Shown: positions 26,955-41,070, counted from the first letter of the stretch. The stretch is DNA of 64,000 nt from Eledone cirrhosa (GCA_964016885.1 OZ024744.1:72912001-72976000); one strand, 5' to 3'. Notes: a model not told the origin generated them from the letters alone. Numbers and translations are program-made.

Positions 26955-27994
26955 TTAAGATTTGCTACACTCAAGGCTACATTAAAAACAAAAAAAAAAC
27001 ATTCTGTCAACAATATGCTGCTTTTTAATTTTATTTGAAAATTGATATCAATTATATTTTTGGTAAATCAGTAACAAACATTTATAGACAGAAATCATGA
27101 TGATGAATATATAATCAAAACCACAAAAAATAGCACTACTAGATACTACATATAATTTCCATAGAATATTGTTCAGTACAGTTGAAAATAAAAAAATAAT
27201 AATAATAACTCTGCATACAACCAAGGTATACATAGGTGTGCTTGGTAGTGCAGTGAAAGCACGAAATAAAAATAATACTATTGAAAAAGATAATAAAGAA
27301 ATGCAATAATACTAATGATGATGATGATGATCGTGATGATAATATTTGCTCTGAACTATAGAAGCTGTCTTTTCATCATTTAAAGAAGTAATAGTAAAAA
27401 AAATAAAAAATAAAATTTTTTTAAATGGTTTAGAATCAGACAAGATAAAAGGATTAAATGAATTTAATTCCTTGTTTGGAATATTTTCAATGCTCTTTTA
27501 AACTGAACAAGAGTCAAAACATATGGATTGGTAATTTCTCCAATGTAAACTATTAATTTATAATACAGCATCTAAGATTTTGAGTGTACTTGTAAGAGTG
27601 TATAGGGTATTTTTTTTTGTTGTTTGTTTTTGGGTCAGGTTGCTTTTGTTTGTTTGATTTTTTTTGTTTTTTGTTTTTTTTAAAGAGGTTGTCGTAATTC
27701 TAGTTCCACAAGTTTATAATACATAATATTTCTCTAGTATTATTCAAAGAATGTTACCATGTTACTTTTAATATTTATATATAATTTTAATACATGTGTA
27801 ATATATAAGGTGCATGCATAACTGTGTGGTTAAAGAGTTTGCTTTGCAACCTCATGGTTTTCAGTTCAGTTCAACTCTGGTGCACCTTGGGCAAGTATTT
27901 TCTAATATAACCTTGGATTTGCCAAGGTTATATTAGATATAAACTGCAGAAGCCCTTTGAATGTAAATGTGTGTATGTATATATATATATATAT

Positions 27995-28029
<35 letters not shown>

Positions 28030-30084
28030 TATTTTATGTCCGCTTTTCCCTGCTTGCAAGGGTTGGACGGGTCCTATTCAGCGCAGCATCTCTCCACTTG
28101 TCACAGTTCTTCGTCATCTCCACTGTGAGCTTCAGCAATCTGAGGTCTGCCCTCACCACCTCCGCCCATGTTTTTCGTGGTCTACCTCTACTACGTCTTC
28201 CTTCAAGCGGTATTTCTTGGCACTTCTTCACCCATTGGTCATCCTCCATGTGCATCACATGTCCATACCATCGCAGTCTCCTCTCCTGCACACAACAATT
28301 TATCCCTCTCAGACAGTTTCACTCTCAACACATCCATGCTTGGCCGTTCACGCACATTGACATTGCACATCCAACGGAGCATGCTTGCCTCATTTCTCTC
28401 CAGCCGTCGCATATCCTCTGCAGTTGCTGCCCATGTCTCACTACTATGCAGCATCACGCACCTCACACAGGCATCATATAACCGGCCTTTCGTACGCAGG
28501 GAGAAACCCTTCTTTGTCAGCAGAGGAAGCAGCTCCCTAAACTTCTTCCAACCCGTCCTTATTCTAGACAATTTGGCCTCGGAACACCCTCCTCCCTATG
28601 CTAATCTGATCACCCAGGTACTGGAAGCTTTCAACCACTTCTATAGCACCCACCTGCATTTGAAAAATGTGTCTATCAATGTGACTTCTACTCTCAAATT
28701 TCCCTGTACATCTACTGCATATGTATTTCTCTCTACCTGTTAGTTTGCCTGCTACCCCACTACATTTCTTGTATACCTAGGATCGGCATTGTGTACATTT
28801 TATAGAATTTATGCCAGTTCCTTTTCTGTATATCGAACATGGCCATTTCCCTGACGGAATCAGAGTTTTGTCCTCTTTTCTACTCAACACTTTTGTCTTA
28901 GCTAAGTTCACTCTCAGTCCTCTTGATTCCAACTGCTGTTTCCATAGCCAGAATTTATTCTCCAGCTCCTCTACTGATTCTGCTATAAGAACCAGATCGT
29001 CAGCATAGAGAAGTTCTCATGGACAGCCAGTCTTAAACTCCTCTGTTATGGCTTGGAGGACTATAATGAACAAGAGCGGGCTGAGGACCGAACCCTAATG
29101 TACAGCTACTTGTATCTGGAATTCCTCACTAAACTCCAATCCTATTCTCACTTTACTGACAGCACCTCTGTAAAAAGTTTTCACAAGCCTTTCCTCAACA
29201 CCTAGTTTCCTTAGGGACCACCAGATGACAGATCGGGGTACTCTATCAACGGTCTTCTCTAGGTCAACAAAAGCTAAGTATAGTGGCTTATTCTTCTCTA
29301 AGAACCTCCCTTGTAATTGTCTCACCAAGAAGAGGGCATCTGTTGTACTTTTCCCAGGCACAAAACCAAACTGCATCTCATCTAGTTTGACTCTTTCTCT
29401 AATTAGTTGCGCTTATATCCTGTCTGCAACTTTCATAACCTGATCCATCAGTTTCATGCCCCTATAATTGCTCCTCTCCAGAGGATCCCCTTTACTTTTG
29501 TAGCAATTTATGAGAATACCACTGCACCAGTCTTTGGGTATGACACCACCATATATAGCCTGATTGATGATGTGTGCAACCAGTTCAGCATCTCAGCAAC
29601 TATCCCCGACGGTCAAGCGGCCTTACCATTTTTCATTAATCGCCTCTTGGACCCTATATTCGTCAATGTCAATAGCTGGTCCCTCTGTCGGATCTACTGG
29701 AGGTAATTTCTCTCTCTCCCATTCGTTCTCCACATTCATCAGTCTCTCATAATGACATTTCCAGGCCTCCTTTTTTCTGATCATTTGTGACACTAAGTAC
29801 TCCAACAACATCCTGATTTGCACTGACACACTACCTTGCAATGTGGAACACTGCTTGTCTCTGAGCTTCCCATCGCAGAAGATTGGCAAACCTCCTACTC
29901 TCAGTACACCTGATGTCTAGCTTCTCTCTTAGCGGCTGTATATCCTTCTCTACTGCCTCCATTTTTCCAAGCATTCCATGCTAGTCTTTTGTCCCAAATG
30001 GCCCTATCTACCGTGCTGTTCCACCCCAGGTCACTCTCTGTCTGGTTGGAGCTCTGCTCCAGCTACAAGTTTCTTCAGTAGCCT
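27995..30084 (-). mobile_element. Degenerate 5'-truncated RTE family B copy
   Basis: Fragmented ORFs match the 1022-aa protein (QFGFVPGKSTTDALF, ..NRTRPTLASREKRT); (TGA)n tail. Confidence 0.92.
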
Positions 30085-30103
30085 ATATATATAGAGAGAG
30101 AGA

Positions 30104-31530
30104 ATGAGTGAGTTAAAGAAGCAATCAAAGAGATGAAGAATGGTAAAGCTGTGGGACCATCAGAGATGCTGAGATGCTAAACGCATCAGGAGAATTAGGA
30201 ATTGAAATAGTGACCCTTAGAGTTAATCAGGTACTACAGGACGGTGTCATACCCAATGATTAGTGCAGCAGTACAATCATAAATTGCTAAAGGGCAAAGG
30301 GGATGCTCTAAAAGGGAACAACTATAGAGGAATAAAACTAATAGAACAAGTTATGAAAGTGATGGAAAGAGTTATAGCTCAACTCATTAGAGAAAGAGTC
30401 AAATTTGATAAGATGCAGTTTGATTTCATGCCTGAATAAAGTACTACAGATGCCGTCTTTTTAGAGAGGCAACTACAGGAGAAGTTCCTAGCTAATAATA
30501 AGAAGCTATACTTAGCTTTTGTTGTTCTAGAAAAGCATTTGACAGAGTACATCGATCTATTATCTGGTGGTACTTAAGGAAATTAGGTTTAGAAGAATGG
30601 TTGATAAGAGCAGTGCAAGTCATATACAGAGGAGCTGTCAGCAAAGTAAGAGTAGGAAGTGAGTTTAGTGAGGAATTCAAGGTACATGTAGGAGTTCATC
30701 AGGGTTCGGTTCTAAGCCCACTACTATTCATTGTAGTCCTCCAGGCTATAACAGAGGAGTTGAAGACTGGCTGCCCATGGGAACTTCTCTATGCAAAGGA
30801 TCTGGTCCTTTTAACCAAATCCATTAAAGAACTAGAAAATAAGTTCCAGCTATGGAAACAAAATTTAGAAAAAAATGGTCTAGCCAAAACTAAAGTGCTA
30901 GTGAGTAGGAGAGAAAATAAGACCCTGATTCCTTCAGGGAAGTGACCCTGCTCAATAACTCCATACAATGTACACAATGTAAATCTTGGTTACACAAGAG
31001 ATGTAGTGGGATAACAGGTAGACTAACAGGAAGGGAAGAAAGACTTTGTATGTAGATGATGCATAGGGGTAACTGAGGGGAAGAGCACTAATGATATAAA
31101 CCTTTTCCAATCACAGGAAAGGCCCATAGAATTAGTTGATAGCTTCTGCTATGTAGGTGACTTAATCAGCAACAGAGGAGTGTGATCTGGGAGCATAATA
31201 GCTAGAATAAGCATAGGATGGAAAAAGTTTAGAGAGCTACTCCCACTGTAGACAACAAAAGGTTTCTCCCCACATATAAAAGGATGACTGTATGATGCCT
31301 GTGGGCATGCTTGGACATGTTGGACATGTTGAGGGAGAAGCTGAGTTCAAGAGGAATCTGAAGTGTTGTGGAGGAGAAAAGACTGCGTTCATATGGATAT
31401 GTGATGCACCTGAATAATAATCGCAGGGTGAAAAAGTGTCAGGAAATGCCAGTGGAAGGAAGCTGCAGTAGAAGTAGACCAAGAAAGACCTGGGCAGATT
31501 GGCTGAGAGCTGAGACTCAACTTTTAAGAT
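30104..31530 (+). mobile_element. Degenerate RTE copy, opposite orientation to its neighbour
   Basis: GVHQGSVLSPLLFIVVLQAITEELKTGCPWELLYAKD..; many stops. Confidence 0.88.
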
Positions 31531-32218
31531 CATTGACCCCTTCATGGAGTTCTGACCTCTCCTTGGGCCCCTAACAATGTTGAAAAATAAATAAATCAGT
31601 AAACAATATAAAATGAATTGACAAAGACTAAATTATATCATCATCATCATCATCATAGATTAACATCTATCTTCCACACTAACATGGGTTAGACGGGTCC
31701 CATTTAGAGGCAAGTTGAGTCGGATGACTGTGTCTTGCTCATATAGGAATATATTTTAGTTGTAATATCAAGTATAGGCTCCCTGAAAAATTCAATCAAT
31801 CCTCTGGGTAGTCCAATCGGTTGCTTTCAGGATCCCTTGCTCCAGACACACACTGGATCTGTTTGAAATAAGCAGCTAAATTTCCCTCAAATCACACTTC
31901 ATCTACCATCTTAATAAATGAAGCTCAGGTTAGACTATGTAGCACCCTAGTAATACAAAAAGATTATATTGGTCATAGCTGGATTACTTTTGATCATGGA
32001 TCTGCATTATGGGGCTGACCTGTGGTTAAAAAACAACTACTAATATTACAATGATATACGAGATATGGTAGACTAGGTTTCAAGTTAATTGTTTACAATA
32101 TACAGATGTTTGATGGAATTATAAGAATGTTCACACAATGAATGAATGGGTTTGTGCATTGTATCACTGATAATATATATGTGTGTATATATATGTGTGT
32201 GTGTGCATCACCCTCCCC

Positions 32219-32249
<31 letters not shown>

Positions 32250-32384
32250 CACACACATATAAATATATATTTTTGTATATATATATATATACACACTCAC
32301 ATACATGCACACACACACATGCACACACTATTATATAATTGGTGATATATATATATATCATATATATACATATATATATATCCT

Positions 32385-33158
32385 CATCATCATCACCGTT
32401 TTACGTCCGTTCTTCCACGCTAGCATGGGTTAGACGGATTGTCCTGTTGTGGGCAATGTCCAGTCGGATGACCTTGTCTTGCTCATACAGGAACTGATTC
32501 TGGCTTGATTTTTACAGCTGGATGCCCTTCCAAACACCAACCTCATTTACAGTGTGGGCTGGGTACTTTTTTACCGTGGCGCCTACACATCCACTTTACA
32601 GTGTGGGCTGGGTACTTTTTTACCGTGGCGCCTACATGACCACTTTACAGTGAGTGCTGGGTACTTTTTTACCATGGCGCCTACACAACCACTTTACAGT
32701 GTGGGCTGGGTACTTTCTTACCGTGGCGCCTACACAACCACTTTACAGTGTGGGCTGGGTACTTTTTTACCGTGGCGCCTACACAACCACTTTACAGTGT
32801 GGGCTGGGTACTTTTTTACCGTGGCGCCTACACGACTACTTTACAGTGTGGGCTGGGTACTTTTTTACCATGGCGCCTACACAACCAATTTACAGTGTGG
32901 GCTGGGTACTTTTTTACCATGGCGCCTACACGACCACTTTTCAGTGTGGGCTGGGTACTTTTTTACCGTGGTGCCTACATGACCACTTTGCAGTGGGAGG
33001 GGGTGAGGGCATATTGTCTATATGCTTCAGCTTCGGTTTGTACCCATGGGAACTCGGGTCTTCTGTATTACTGCATGATGCCAGAGGTCATGGTCATGTG
33101 TCATCCCCCTTGAGAGGAGCAATTGGGTAAGGTCAGCATTTATCACCTCATCACCTCG
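32385..33158 (-). mobile_element. RTE family A 3' fragment with expanded internal tandem repeat
   Basis: End of the RT ORF plus 3' UTR and (TGA)n tail; compare 58270-58690. Confidence 0.88.
32545..32995. repeat. 49-bp minisatellite, ~9 units
   Basis: Unit CACTTTACAGTGTGGGCTGGGTACTTTTTTACCGTGGCGCCTACACAAC with starts ~49 nt apart (e.g. 32691, 32740). Confidence 0.95.
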
Positions 33159-33254
33159 TATATATATATAAATGACGTAAAAGGTATAGTGACAAGAGTC
33201 TTTTGATCAAGGAGAAAAAGTCCTCTATGTAGTGTACAGAGCCAAAGTAAATTT

Positions 33255-35470
33255 TTCCATTTGTGTAAATGCCAGTGCATCAATTTTCCTATGATATTGT
33301 GCCTCCATCCTTTATAGAGAGTCTGGGCCAGATGTTTACACTTGGATATGATGTGAGCCACAGTTTCCTCTCTTTCTCCACAGGTCCTACAGAGTGGGCT
33401 AGTTTCCTCCTTATCATTATGATGTTTTACCCACTTTGTTCTAAGAGCTTGCTCCTGTGGAGCCAGTAGCATTCGCTCTTTCTTAAGGTCCTCTTTCTCT
33501 AACCAGTCCCATGTCTGCAGATTTCTGAATTATGTTTTGAAAAAGATACTATGACGGGCCTTTTCATTCAGGTTGTTCTTCCTCTTTCTTGTTACTTCTT
33601 TCTTGGACATCCCCTGGTCTATTGTCTCCTTCTTCAATACAGCCTTAAGCATTGGCTCAGTACTCTCAGACACATATTTATGTGTCATATCTGAACACAG
33701 TATTCCAAGCTAAGACATCTCCCACCTTCAAATCTTTAAGTATAGTCTGTCAACATCACCCTGCTTATGAAACATTGGTACTTTGATTTCTTTGCTTCTC
33801 TTCAATCTCCACTAAGATTCCACACTTATTATCACCAAATTCCATACATATATCATTACTGAAAATACAAACAGTGTTAACAAGTATATCCAACTCCTTT
33901 CTGCTCTTCCTGAATAGTTTTAGGTCATCCATGAAGAAGTGGTGGTTGATGGTAAGCTCTCCTTCAGTCTTCCCATTATGAGGGTATGGACAAACAATAA
34001 AGGAGACAGACTATCTACTTGAAAGATACCTGCCTTGATTTTCATTTCTCCCAAGGATTCTTCTCCTGATTTTAACTCTGTCTACTAGTTCTTCATGCTA
34101 TTACTTAACTGTAGTCTGATGTTTCCTGCCACCTAGAAGATTTCTAGGCTTTTGGTTATCTAAGAATGAACCATGTCGAATACCTTCTTGTAATCTATCC
34201 ATCTCATGGCAAGATCAGTATGCCTCCTCTTGCTGTTCCTTATCATCTTGTCAATAAGTAACTGGTCTTTTGTACCACGGAACCTCTTATGGCATCCTTT
34301 TTGTTCCTCCAGCAATAGGTTGTTTATGTCAAGGTGATAGTAGATTTCCTCAGACAAAATGCTTTTTAGCAATTTCCACATCAAGGGCAGACATGTGATT
34401 GGCCTATAGTTGGTAATATAATTTCCCTTGGCTTGGTATCTCATTATTAGAATCATGGCACGTTTTGTCAATCACTGCGCTACTTCACCTGACACCAAGC
34501 AGTGGAGAGATATTATATTCTTAGTCCAATATCCTTGCACACCATCTGAACCTGGTGATTTCCAGTTGGTTTATTTATTGACATGCTTTTTAAGGGTTCA
34601 AATCAGGTTGTTGGTCTGCGTGTTCATTAACCTCCTATTTAACAGTCTCAATCCAATCCGCCTGACTATTATGCTCATCATGCTGCTCCCAAATCCCTCT
34701 CCAAAATTTGTTGGTCTGTTCAGCTTCAGGGATAGCATTGTTGCCTCTTTCGTTTTCTCCTAGCTGTTCAAATGACATCTGGTTGTTGTCAAACATGCAG
34801 TTTTGTCTATACTGGTTAAGTCTGCTCTCATAACTTTTGATTTAAGCACTTTTGGCTGTGCCACATTGCTTTAGTTCCTCTATTATAATCTTTAGTGTTT
34901 TTTTCCTTTGTGATGTATTTTCTTGTCAATCTATCCTTAGTATCTATGTTTTGTAATGTCCCATTTAATAAAGTCTTGATTTGACCACTCAACTTCTTCT
35001 TCCACCAAGGTTCTGTCTATTTTCATCTGTTTTCATTTGTTTGTATGCCAAACATTCACCACATTTGCTGTTGCTTTGAGGATGTTGTAACATTGTTGAA
35101 GATTCTTCGCTCCAATGTATTGGATGACCCTGTTTACCTTAGCTGCCGTTTATTTTAACTTTTTTCTGTCTACAAATTTTAGATGCATAAGTTTGCCACT
35201 ATCGTTATTCATTTCATCCACCATTAAATTTAGAATATCAACAAAATCTTGTTCTAACCTATCAGCGTTCATTTTCTCATTGGCTGTATTTTTAGTATCT
35301 TCCTAAGGTCTTCCAACCATTTCACCCTCAATTTCTATAGGCTCATTTGCCGTTTTAAGCTTAATCTCTCTACTCGGTTCCTCCAATTTCATCTTGCTTA
35401 TCGATCCATTAGTTCTTATTGCATGAGCCTGGCACATTAGTTTTTGTTCACTTGATTAAAATAAACCAAT
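33255..35470 (-). mobile_element. Degenerate R4/Dong-clade non-LTR retrotransposon
   Basis: NYRPITCLPLMWKLL; EEQKGC..GTKDQLLIDK; WIDYKKVFD; QEQALRTK..CRTCGEREETVAHIISKC (CCHC knuckle)..RH. Confidence 0.8.
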
Positions 35471-35799
35471 ATCATTCCTGATGTTTACACGAACACTCTG
35501 ATATGAAGTTAAATGTCAATACAATTTATCCAGAGTATTGAAGTATTTAAGACTATTCAACAGAATTCATAATGTAATCGGCTTGTCTCTCCACAGCCCC
35601 GACGGACAGAATAGAGAAGGCGTTTCCCCGGAGGACAACAAGGGAGATGCGGCATTTGTTTCCTATAGCCTTTCTTAGTGAGATCACACTTCAGATAATA
35701 TTTCATTACAGTTTTATTCAATTCCTTTGTCCAGTTGGTTCTTGCCTCATTTCTTGTTCTTCTCCTGACAAAAGCAGTAGTTAAAAATCTATTATTATT

Positions 35800-36245
35800 A
35801 TTTTTTGTTGTTGCTTATTTTTATTGCATGTTATCACTGCATTACCGATCACAGCTCTGTGCACTTCGAGTAGATGCAGTGTATTGAGAGTAGTCATTGT
35901 AATATGAGTACAGTGCCTAGTAGTGCTATTTTCTGTGTGCTGTATATATTTGTAACTCCTAGGGTTTTGGTTATGTATTTCTCCATGTTGTTTTATCATT
36001 CCCAGAGCACCTATTATTTTAGATATTGTTTCTGTTTTCATCATCAACATTCAGGTAATTTCTATCTCTAGATCAAGGAAATGGACAAACTATTTGGATA
36101 GGTTGTCCATTTCCTTTGTTAGATATATTGTCGTCTCTGGGGATTGATACATCAATTAGAAGACATTAGAATTCATTATCCACATTATAAAGTATTTGTT
36201 GCTGGTGATGTAATTCTGGTGCCAGCTGTCCACAATAAGTGGACT
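35800..36245 (-). mobile_element. R4/Dong-like 3' (restriction-like endonuclease) fragment
   Basis: IIGALGMIK and, after a frameshift, QKIALLGT; ends in a TAA-rich tail. Confidence 0.6.
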
Positions 36246-36267
36246 GAGGAATTACTATTATTATTAG

Positions 36268-37495
36268 GACAGTGGATTGGCAGTATCGGTAGAGGGTCGG
36301 ACGCCATGCTTTCCAGCATAGTTACGTCCCTTTACGATCTGAGTTCAAATCCCGCCGAGGTTGACTTTGCCTTTCATCCTTACGGGGTCGATAAAATAAA
36401 GTACCAGTAATGCACTGGGTAATTGCTGGCCTTGTGCCTAAAGTAGAAACAATTATTATTAGGACAGTGGATTGGCAGAATCGGTACAGCATTGGACACC
36501 ATGCTTTGCAGCATAGAATTACAGCCCTTTACGTTCTGAGTTCAAATCCCGCTGAGGTTAACTTTGCCTTTCATCCTTACGGGGTCGATAAAATAAAGTA
36601 CCACTGAGGTCGATTTAATCGACTTTCCCCTCCCCCAAAATTGCTGGCCTTGTGCCTATATAAGAAACCATTATTATTATTATTGTGGATTGGCAGTATC
36701 AGTAGAGGGTCGGACGCCATGCTTTCCAGCATAGTTACGTCCCTTTACGATCTGAGTTCAAATCCCGCCGAGGTTGACTTTGTCTTACATCCTTACGGGT
36801 CGATAAAATAAAGTACCAGTAATGTACTGGATAATTGCTGGCCTTGTGCCTAAAGTAGAAACAATTATTATTATTATTAGTAGTAGTAGTAGTAGCTTTG
36901 GTAACACTTTGGACACCATGCTTAACGGCATAGAGTTACATCCCTTTATGTTCTGAGTTCAAATCCCTCCGAGGATAGCTTTGCCTTTCATCCTTACGTG
37001 GTTGATAAAATAGAACAACGCAACTGAGGTTGATTTAATTGACTTTCCCCCTCCCCTAAAAGATTGCTGGCCTTGTGCCTAAATCAGAAACCATTGTCAG
37101 TAGAGTGGCGGACGCCATGCTTTGCAGCATAGACTTATGGCCCTTTACGTTTTGGGTTCAAATCCCACCAAGGTTAACTTTGCCTTTCCTCCTTACAGGG
37201 TCGATAAAATAAAGTACCAGTAATGCACTGGGTTAATTGCTGGCCCTGTGCCAAAAGTAGAAACAATTATTATTGCGATGGATGGGAGGTGTCCAGTGTG
37301 TTGGATAAAGTACATTGTCTTATTTAGTTACGACTTTCTCCATTTCGAGTTCAAATTCTGCCTAGGTCAACTTTGCCTTTAACTTTACCTTTTGTTAATA
37401 AAATAAAGTACCTGTTAAGTACTGTGGTCAATATATTGGACTTTCTCCCTTCCCTCAAATTGCTGGCCTTGTGCTAATGCCAGAAAAAATTATTA
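36268..37495 (+). mobile_element. Head-to-tail cluster of ~6 Deu/Nin-like SINEs
   Basis: Repeated B-box plus CTTTGCCTTTCATCC..GATAAAATAAAGTACC plus TTGCTGGCCTTGTGCC, separated by (ATT)n. Confidence 0.9.
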
Positions 37496-37574
37496 TTTAA
37501 GGAGTTGCATTGCCTTCATTAACTACTTAGTTCTCATTGCATCTCAATCAAAATATTTAGGTAGCTGGCTTTAA

Positions 37575-37782
37575 CCCTTTAGCGTTTAAACCAGCCATAT
37601 CCAGGCAGAATTCTCTCACCTTTTGCTATTCAAACCTGCCGTAACTAGCCACTCATACTGATGTTAAGGTATTGCTCTCAAAATAAATAATATCAAAATC
37701 TCATAGATTCAATATTATATGAGATAAAGCCTTTACCATGAAAATACAATAGGTTATGTAGAGTAATGTAAATACTAAAGAG
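37575..37782. mobile_element. piggyBac-type MITE, second copy (no SINE insert)
   Basis: TTAA|CCCTTTAGCGTTTA ... TAAATACTAAAGAG|TTAA; interior is the reverse complement of 26525-26954 minus the SINE. Confidence 0.8.
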
Positions 37783-38305
37783 TTAAATGTTCAGAGTTGC
37801 TATCATCTAAAAGTCAATTTTGATCACAACCAACACAAAGATATTAATTTTAGAAAAGCTTACTATTAACATAGAAATAATCTTACCAATATGTTTCTCA
37901 GTGAGTACTTAATGGGTTCTCTGGTACATTGAGAAGAAAGTTATGGAACCCAGATAAGAATGTTTGATTATTTGGATCATATACCCAGGGAATTAAAGGA
38001 TTGGAAAACTGTTACTTCTGTTAGTAACAAAACATTTCTTGACATATGAATGGTATGTGATATGAGATATGTTAAATACATAATGCCATATGACAATGAA
38101 ACATGATGAATGCAAAGGATTTACAACATTTAGAGTGGAAGAAATTAACTATGCTCTGTTGCAATGTGGAATTTTAGCTCCTGAAAAAGCTCCAATATAA
38201 TTAGCGTATCATAAGTGAGTTGAGAAAGTAGCTAATTTGATGTGTGCAATAAGCACAACTATACTGTTATGAATATGATAAATCAATGAATTATATTTTC
38301 ATTTC

Positions 38306-38629
38306 ATTTTACGTCCACTTTTCCCTGCTTGCAAGGGTGGAACGGGAACTGATTCTGGCTTGATTTCTACAGCTGGATGCCCTTCCTAACACCAACCTCA
38401 TTTACAGTGAGTGCTGGGTGCTTTTTTGCCGTGGCACCACCACGACCACTTTGCAGTGGAATGATATGGACTGCAGTCCCTATCATCTCATTTCTACAGC
38501 TGAGTAAACTGGAGCAATGTGAAATAAAGTGCCTTGCTCAAGGAAACAACACATCGCCCGGTCTGAGAATTGAACTCACAACCTTTCGATTGCAATGCCA
38601 ATGCTCTAACCACTAAGCCATGTGCCTCC
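38306..38629 (-). mobile_element. tRNA-CORE SINE with RTE bipartite tail
   Basis: Near-identical to 725-1068. Confidence 0.9.
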
Positions 38630-38714
38630 AATATATATATATATATGTGTGTGTGTGTGAATTGTGTTTGTGTATGCATTTTGTGTGTCTGTGTACATTG
38701 CATGTGTGTATGTA

Positions 38715-38897
38715 TTTGCAGAATCGGTAGAGGGTCAGACACCATTCTTTGCAGCATAGAGTTATGGCCCTTTGCGTTCTGAGTTCAAATCCCTCGCAGA
38801 GGTTAACTTTGCTTTCATCCTTATGGGGTTGATAAAATAAAGTACCAGTAATGCACTGGGATAATTGCTGGCCTTGAGCCAAAAGTAGAAACAATTA
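38715..38897 (+). mobile_element. Deu/Nin-like SINE
   Basis: Family motifs as above. Further single copies at 39355-39536 (-), 47060-47245 (+) and 61226-61446 (-). Confidence 0.85.
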
Positions 38898-40481
38898 TTT
38901 TTAAATCCATTTTTCCAAGCTGTTGAGAGTTGGATGGGTTGTGATAGTCCATGTCTGGTTTTAATTAATATTTGGACTAAAGTGTCCCCTGTACAATGTA
39001 TCAGTGCTTATTCACAGTTACTGCCTTCTTAAATAGGTAGATTGTGATGCAGCTAATAGCATCCATATATTGCTTGTATATTCTGTTTTTAGCACAGTTT
39101 CTAAAGCTGGATACCCTTCCTATCATCAACCACTTTATATAGTGTACTGGGTGCATTTTATTGAGTAACTATCACTAGAGAGGTTATCCCCTGCAAGCAG
39201 AAATGAAAAACCTTGTGTGCTTTGTAACAGCTCTTATTCAGAGTTTCTGCCTGCCTAGATGTGTTGACTGTGCCACTTGCTGTGCTATCTTTCATTGGGC
39301 CATGTCACATCACTTTCACCTTGCTACATCACTTGCCAAGAACCTTCATTATATAATTGTTTCTACTTGACACAAGGCCAGCAATTACCTCAGTGCATTA
39401 CTGGTACTTTATTTTATCGACCCCCGTAAGGATAAAAGGCAAAGTCAACGGGATTTGAACTCAGATTGTAAAGGGACGTAACTATGCTGGAAAGCATGGC
39501 ATCCGACCCTCTACCGATACTGCGAATCCACCGCCCGATGAAAGAATAATTATATAATGCAACCTATTCTGGTCCTTTATTTTGCCATACCACCTATTGT
39601 GGTCTTTCAGCTTCCCATGCTACCTTTTGTGATCATTCACTTTGCCACACCACCTGCCAAGAATTTTCATTTTACCATGATAGCTAATGCGGCCCTTCTT
39701 TGCTTTGCTATACTATCTTTCACAATCTTGCATTTTGCTACCTGCTGCATTTCTTTGACATATGGCACAAATAACCAAAGGAAAACTGACCATTTTTTTT
39801 TTTTGCACATTTCCATCACCAACCACTTTACAATGATGAATGGATGCACTTTATCAACTAGAGAGCTTGTGTCACAGGAGGTCTTAGATAGATTGTCTCC
39901 TTCCATATATATCATTTAGCATGGTTCAAAGGGAATCAAGGGCATAAAATACTCAAAGAAGTTGGTTCAGTGGGTGCACCAGGCAGTGAGTGCTGTAATC
40001 ATATTTATAATGGCTTAAAATGAACCCTTTTGATACTAAATTGACTGAAACTGTTATTGGTTCTATTTCTACAATACAATATGGTTTCTTTGAAAATGTT
40101 TATATTTATCTAAAAACCTTTCAATATATTTCTTTGTAAGAACTTGCCATTCTGAGTTCAAATCCCGCCGAGGTAATCTACTGGGTAATTGCTGGCCTTG
40201 TGCCAATTGTAGAAACAATTATGTTTCTTTGTAAGAACCTTTGTTGTTTTCCAAACATCAGCCTAATAATGAGGAAATTAGTAATATTATTAAATCCCTC
40301 TAAATTCTTCACTGTTTTCCAAATTATTTGAAATATAGAGGCAGTATGTTTCATTAGAAACATAGTTAGCACTAAATGATTCAATGTGATGTCTTAAGCA
40401 GCCAGAAGTCTCCCTCTCTCCTTCTCTCTCTCTCTCTCAGTTGGTGAATTTTTTAATCAGAAATGCCCCATATGTATGTTA

Positions 40482-41035
40482 TCTATATATAAATGTCTGC
40501 AATTCTGTCACCACACGTAAAGAGAGAGGAGTAGTTTGACTACCTCATACTACTCCTCTCTCTTTACATCTGCTGCCTGCGTGAATATATGTGTGTGTAA
40601 AAGGAAGGAAGAGATCTATCTATATATAAATGTCTGCGATTCTGTCACAACATGTAAAGAGAGAGGAGTAGTTTGACTATCTCATACTAGTCGTCTCTCT
40701 TTACATCTGCTGCCTGCGTGAATGTATGTGTGTGTAAAAGGAAGGAAGGAAGGGGATGGTGGAAAAACTATGCTGTGTGTAAGTGTATGTGTGTGTTTGT
40801 GTGGATGTATGTGTGTGTTTGTGTGGATGTATGTGTGTGTTTGTGTGAATGTATGTGTGGATGTATGTGTGTGTTTGTGTGAATGTATGTGTGTATTTGT
40901 GTGTATTTTTTATAAGTGTGTCTGTGTTTGCACGTTTATATTTATATACTCATACATATAAATGTTTGCATAGGTACATACATGCACGCACACACATATA
41001 CATATACGTGTCAGCATGTTGAAAAAATATCCTAG
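40482..41035 (+). mobile_element. Non-autonomous Helitron with tandemly duplicated 5' end
   Basis: A|TCTATATATAAATG.. occurs twice (40482, ~40619), each with a GTAAAGAGAGAGGAGTAG hairpin. The 3' end has an ACGTG-tcag-CATGT hairpin followed by CTAG|T. Confidence 0.75.
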
Positions 41036-41070
41036 TTCTTAATAATTTTACAGAAACTATAATGTAATTT

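Noticed and set aside
32545-32995. CRISPR-like array
   Set aside because: Units are contiguous with no unique spacers, there are no cas genes, the context is eukaryotic, and the unit derives from an RTE UTR.
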